Part shown: one piece after another, positions 62,586 to 64,000 of the stretch
Layout: the number at the start of each line of letters is the position of its first letter
Position numbering within the stretch: the stretch's first letter is position 1
NCBI GenBank assembly: GCA_963749075.1
Contig: CAVVLJ010000020.1
Span: 32,001-96,000 of the forward strand
Reading direction: 5' to 3'
DNA from: an uncultured Pseudomonadota bacterium
GTDB lineage: Bacteria > Pseudomonadota > Alphaproteobacteria > JACZXZ01
DNA length: 64,000 nucleotides
The notes under the pieces: generated by a model
What the model saw: only the letters and a program-made list of their open reading frames with translations
Databases searched by the model: none
Told to the model about the DNA's origin: nothing
Position numbers and translations under genes: made by a program

Positions 62586-64000
62586 CTAATACCGGTAATG
62601 GTCCGCCTTGAAGGGGCCTTCCGGGCTCATGCCGAGATAGGCCGCCTGCTTGTCGCTCAATCTGGTGAGCTTGGCGCCGACCTTGGCCAAGTGGAGGGCC
62701 GCCACCTTCTCGTCGAGGCGCTTCGGGAGCACGTGGACCTTCTTCGCGTATTTGTCGCGCTTGCCCCAGAGCTCGATCTGCGCCAGCACCTGGTTGGTGA
62801 AGGAGGCGCTCATCACGAAGCTCGGGTGGCCGGTGGCGCAGCCGAGGTTCACGAGGCGGCCCTCGGCAAGGAGGATGATGCGCTTGCCGTCGGGGAACTC
62901 GATCTCGTCGACCTGCGGCTTGACGTTGTGCCATTTGAAGTTGCGCAGGCCCGCCACCTGGATCTCGGAATCGAAGTGCCCGATGTTGCACACGATGGCG
63001 CGGTCCTTCATCCGCCGCATGTGCTCGACGGTGATCACGTCGACGTTGCCCGTGGCGGTCACGAAGATGTCGGCGCGCGGGGCCGCCTCCTCCATGGTGA
63101 CCACCTCGTAGCCCTCCATCGCCGCCTGCAGCGCGCAGATGGGATCGATCTCCGAGACGATGACGCGGGCGCCGGCGTGGCGCAGCGAGGAGGCCGAGCC
63201 CTTGCCCACGTCGCCGAAGCCGCACACCATCGCCACCTTGCCCGCCATCATCACGTCGGTCGCGCGCCGGATGCCGTCGACGAGGGATTCGCGGCAGCCG
63301 TAGAGGTTGTCGAACTTGGACTTGGTCACCGAATCGTTGACGTTGATGGCGGGGAAGAGGAGGCGGCCTTCGGCTGCCATCTGGTAGAGGCGGTGGACGC
63401 CGGTCGTGGTCTCCTCGGTGACGCCGCGGATCGACTTCCCGAGCGTCCCATACCAGCCGGGCTTGGCCTTGAGCCGCGTCTTGATGGCGGCGAAGAGCGC
63501 CTCCTCCTCCTCGTTCGCCGGCTTGGCGACGGCGGAAGCATCGCTCTCCGCGCGCATGCCGAGATGGACGAGGAGCGTCGCGTCGCCGCCGTCGTCGAGG
63601 ATCATGTTGGGCACGCCGCCGTCGGACCACTCGAAGATGCGGTGGGTGAAGTCCCAATATTCGGCGAGGCTCTCGCCCTTGTAGGCGAAGACGGGCGTGC
63701 CGGCCTCGGCGATCGCCGCCGCGGCATGGTCCTGGGTCGAGAAGATGTTGCAGGAGGCCCAGCGCACGTCGGCGCCGAGCGCCTTGAGCGTCTCGATGAG
63801 CACGGCGGTCTGGATCGTCATGTGGAGCGAGCCCGCGATGCGGGTGCCGGCGAGCGGCTGCGCCTTGCCGTACTCGGCGCGCAGCGCCATGAGGCCCGGC
63901 ATCTCGGTCTCGGCAATGGCGATCTCGCGCCGGCCCCAGCCGGCGAGCGAGATGTCGGCGACGCGGTAGTCCTCGTGCTTGGCGGCGGCGGCCTTGACGG
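62586..64000 (-). CDS. ahcY: Adenosylhomocysteinase; start outside window
   Basis: [58 protein letters not shown]. Confidence 0.98.
   Translation of the reverse strand, partial: VKAAAAKHEDYRVADISLAGWGRREIAIAETEMPGLMALRAEYGKAQPLAGTRIAGSLHMTIQTAVLIETLKALGADVRWASCNIFSTQDHAAAAIAEAGTPVFAYKGESLAEYWDFTHRIFEWSDGGVPNMILDDGGDATLLVHLGMRAESDASAVAKPANEEEEALFAAIKTRLKAKPGWYGTLGKSIRGVTEETTTGVHRLYQMAAEGRLLFPAINVNDSVTKSKFDNLYGCRESLVDGIRRATDVMMAGKVAMVCGFGDVGKGSASSLRHAGARVIVSEIDPICALQAAMEGYEVVTMEEAAPRADIFVTATGNVDVITVEHMRRMKDRAIVCNIGHFDSEIQVAGLRNFKWHNVKPQVDEIEFPDGKRIILLAEGRLVNLGCATGHPSFVMSASFTNQVLAQIELWGKRDKYAKKVHVLPKRLDEKVAALHLAKVGAKLTRLSDKQAAYLGMSPEGPFKADHYRY

Overview
High-GC alphaproteobacterial chromosome segment (gene content and order suggest a Rhodospirillales-like organism; inference). 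Core blocks: a surface-polysaccharide/LPS end (glycosyltransferase, GDP-mannose 3,5-epimerase-like, hldE), mmcB, polA, trpB-trpA-accD-folC, leuA, and ahcY-tsaE-amgK-murU-addB-addA-trxA. Accessory content: seven type II toxin-antitoxin modules (three with a broken toxin, all antitoxins intact); a ~10 kb probable island remnant ending at tRNA-Arg(CCG) that carries a qNor-NnrS-Crp/Fnr nitric-oxide module and an orphan VgrG/spike-tip-like protein; an exported caspase-like/SEL1 protein; and a LacI-controlled ABC transporter + HpsN-like (sulfopropanediol dehydrogenase) operon. Notable oddities are two tandem leader peptides before leuA, adjacent perfect FNR and CRP boxes, an Asp-to-Asn change at the catalytic TrpA position, a palindromic repeat that supplies the tsaE start where a PAS kinase gene is usually found, and a 23-codon deletion relic. 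No CRISPR array, integrase or transposase was seen. All family assignments come from motif recognition by eye; no searches were run.
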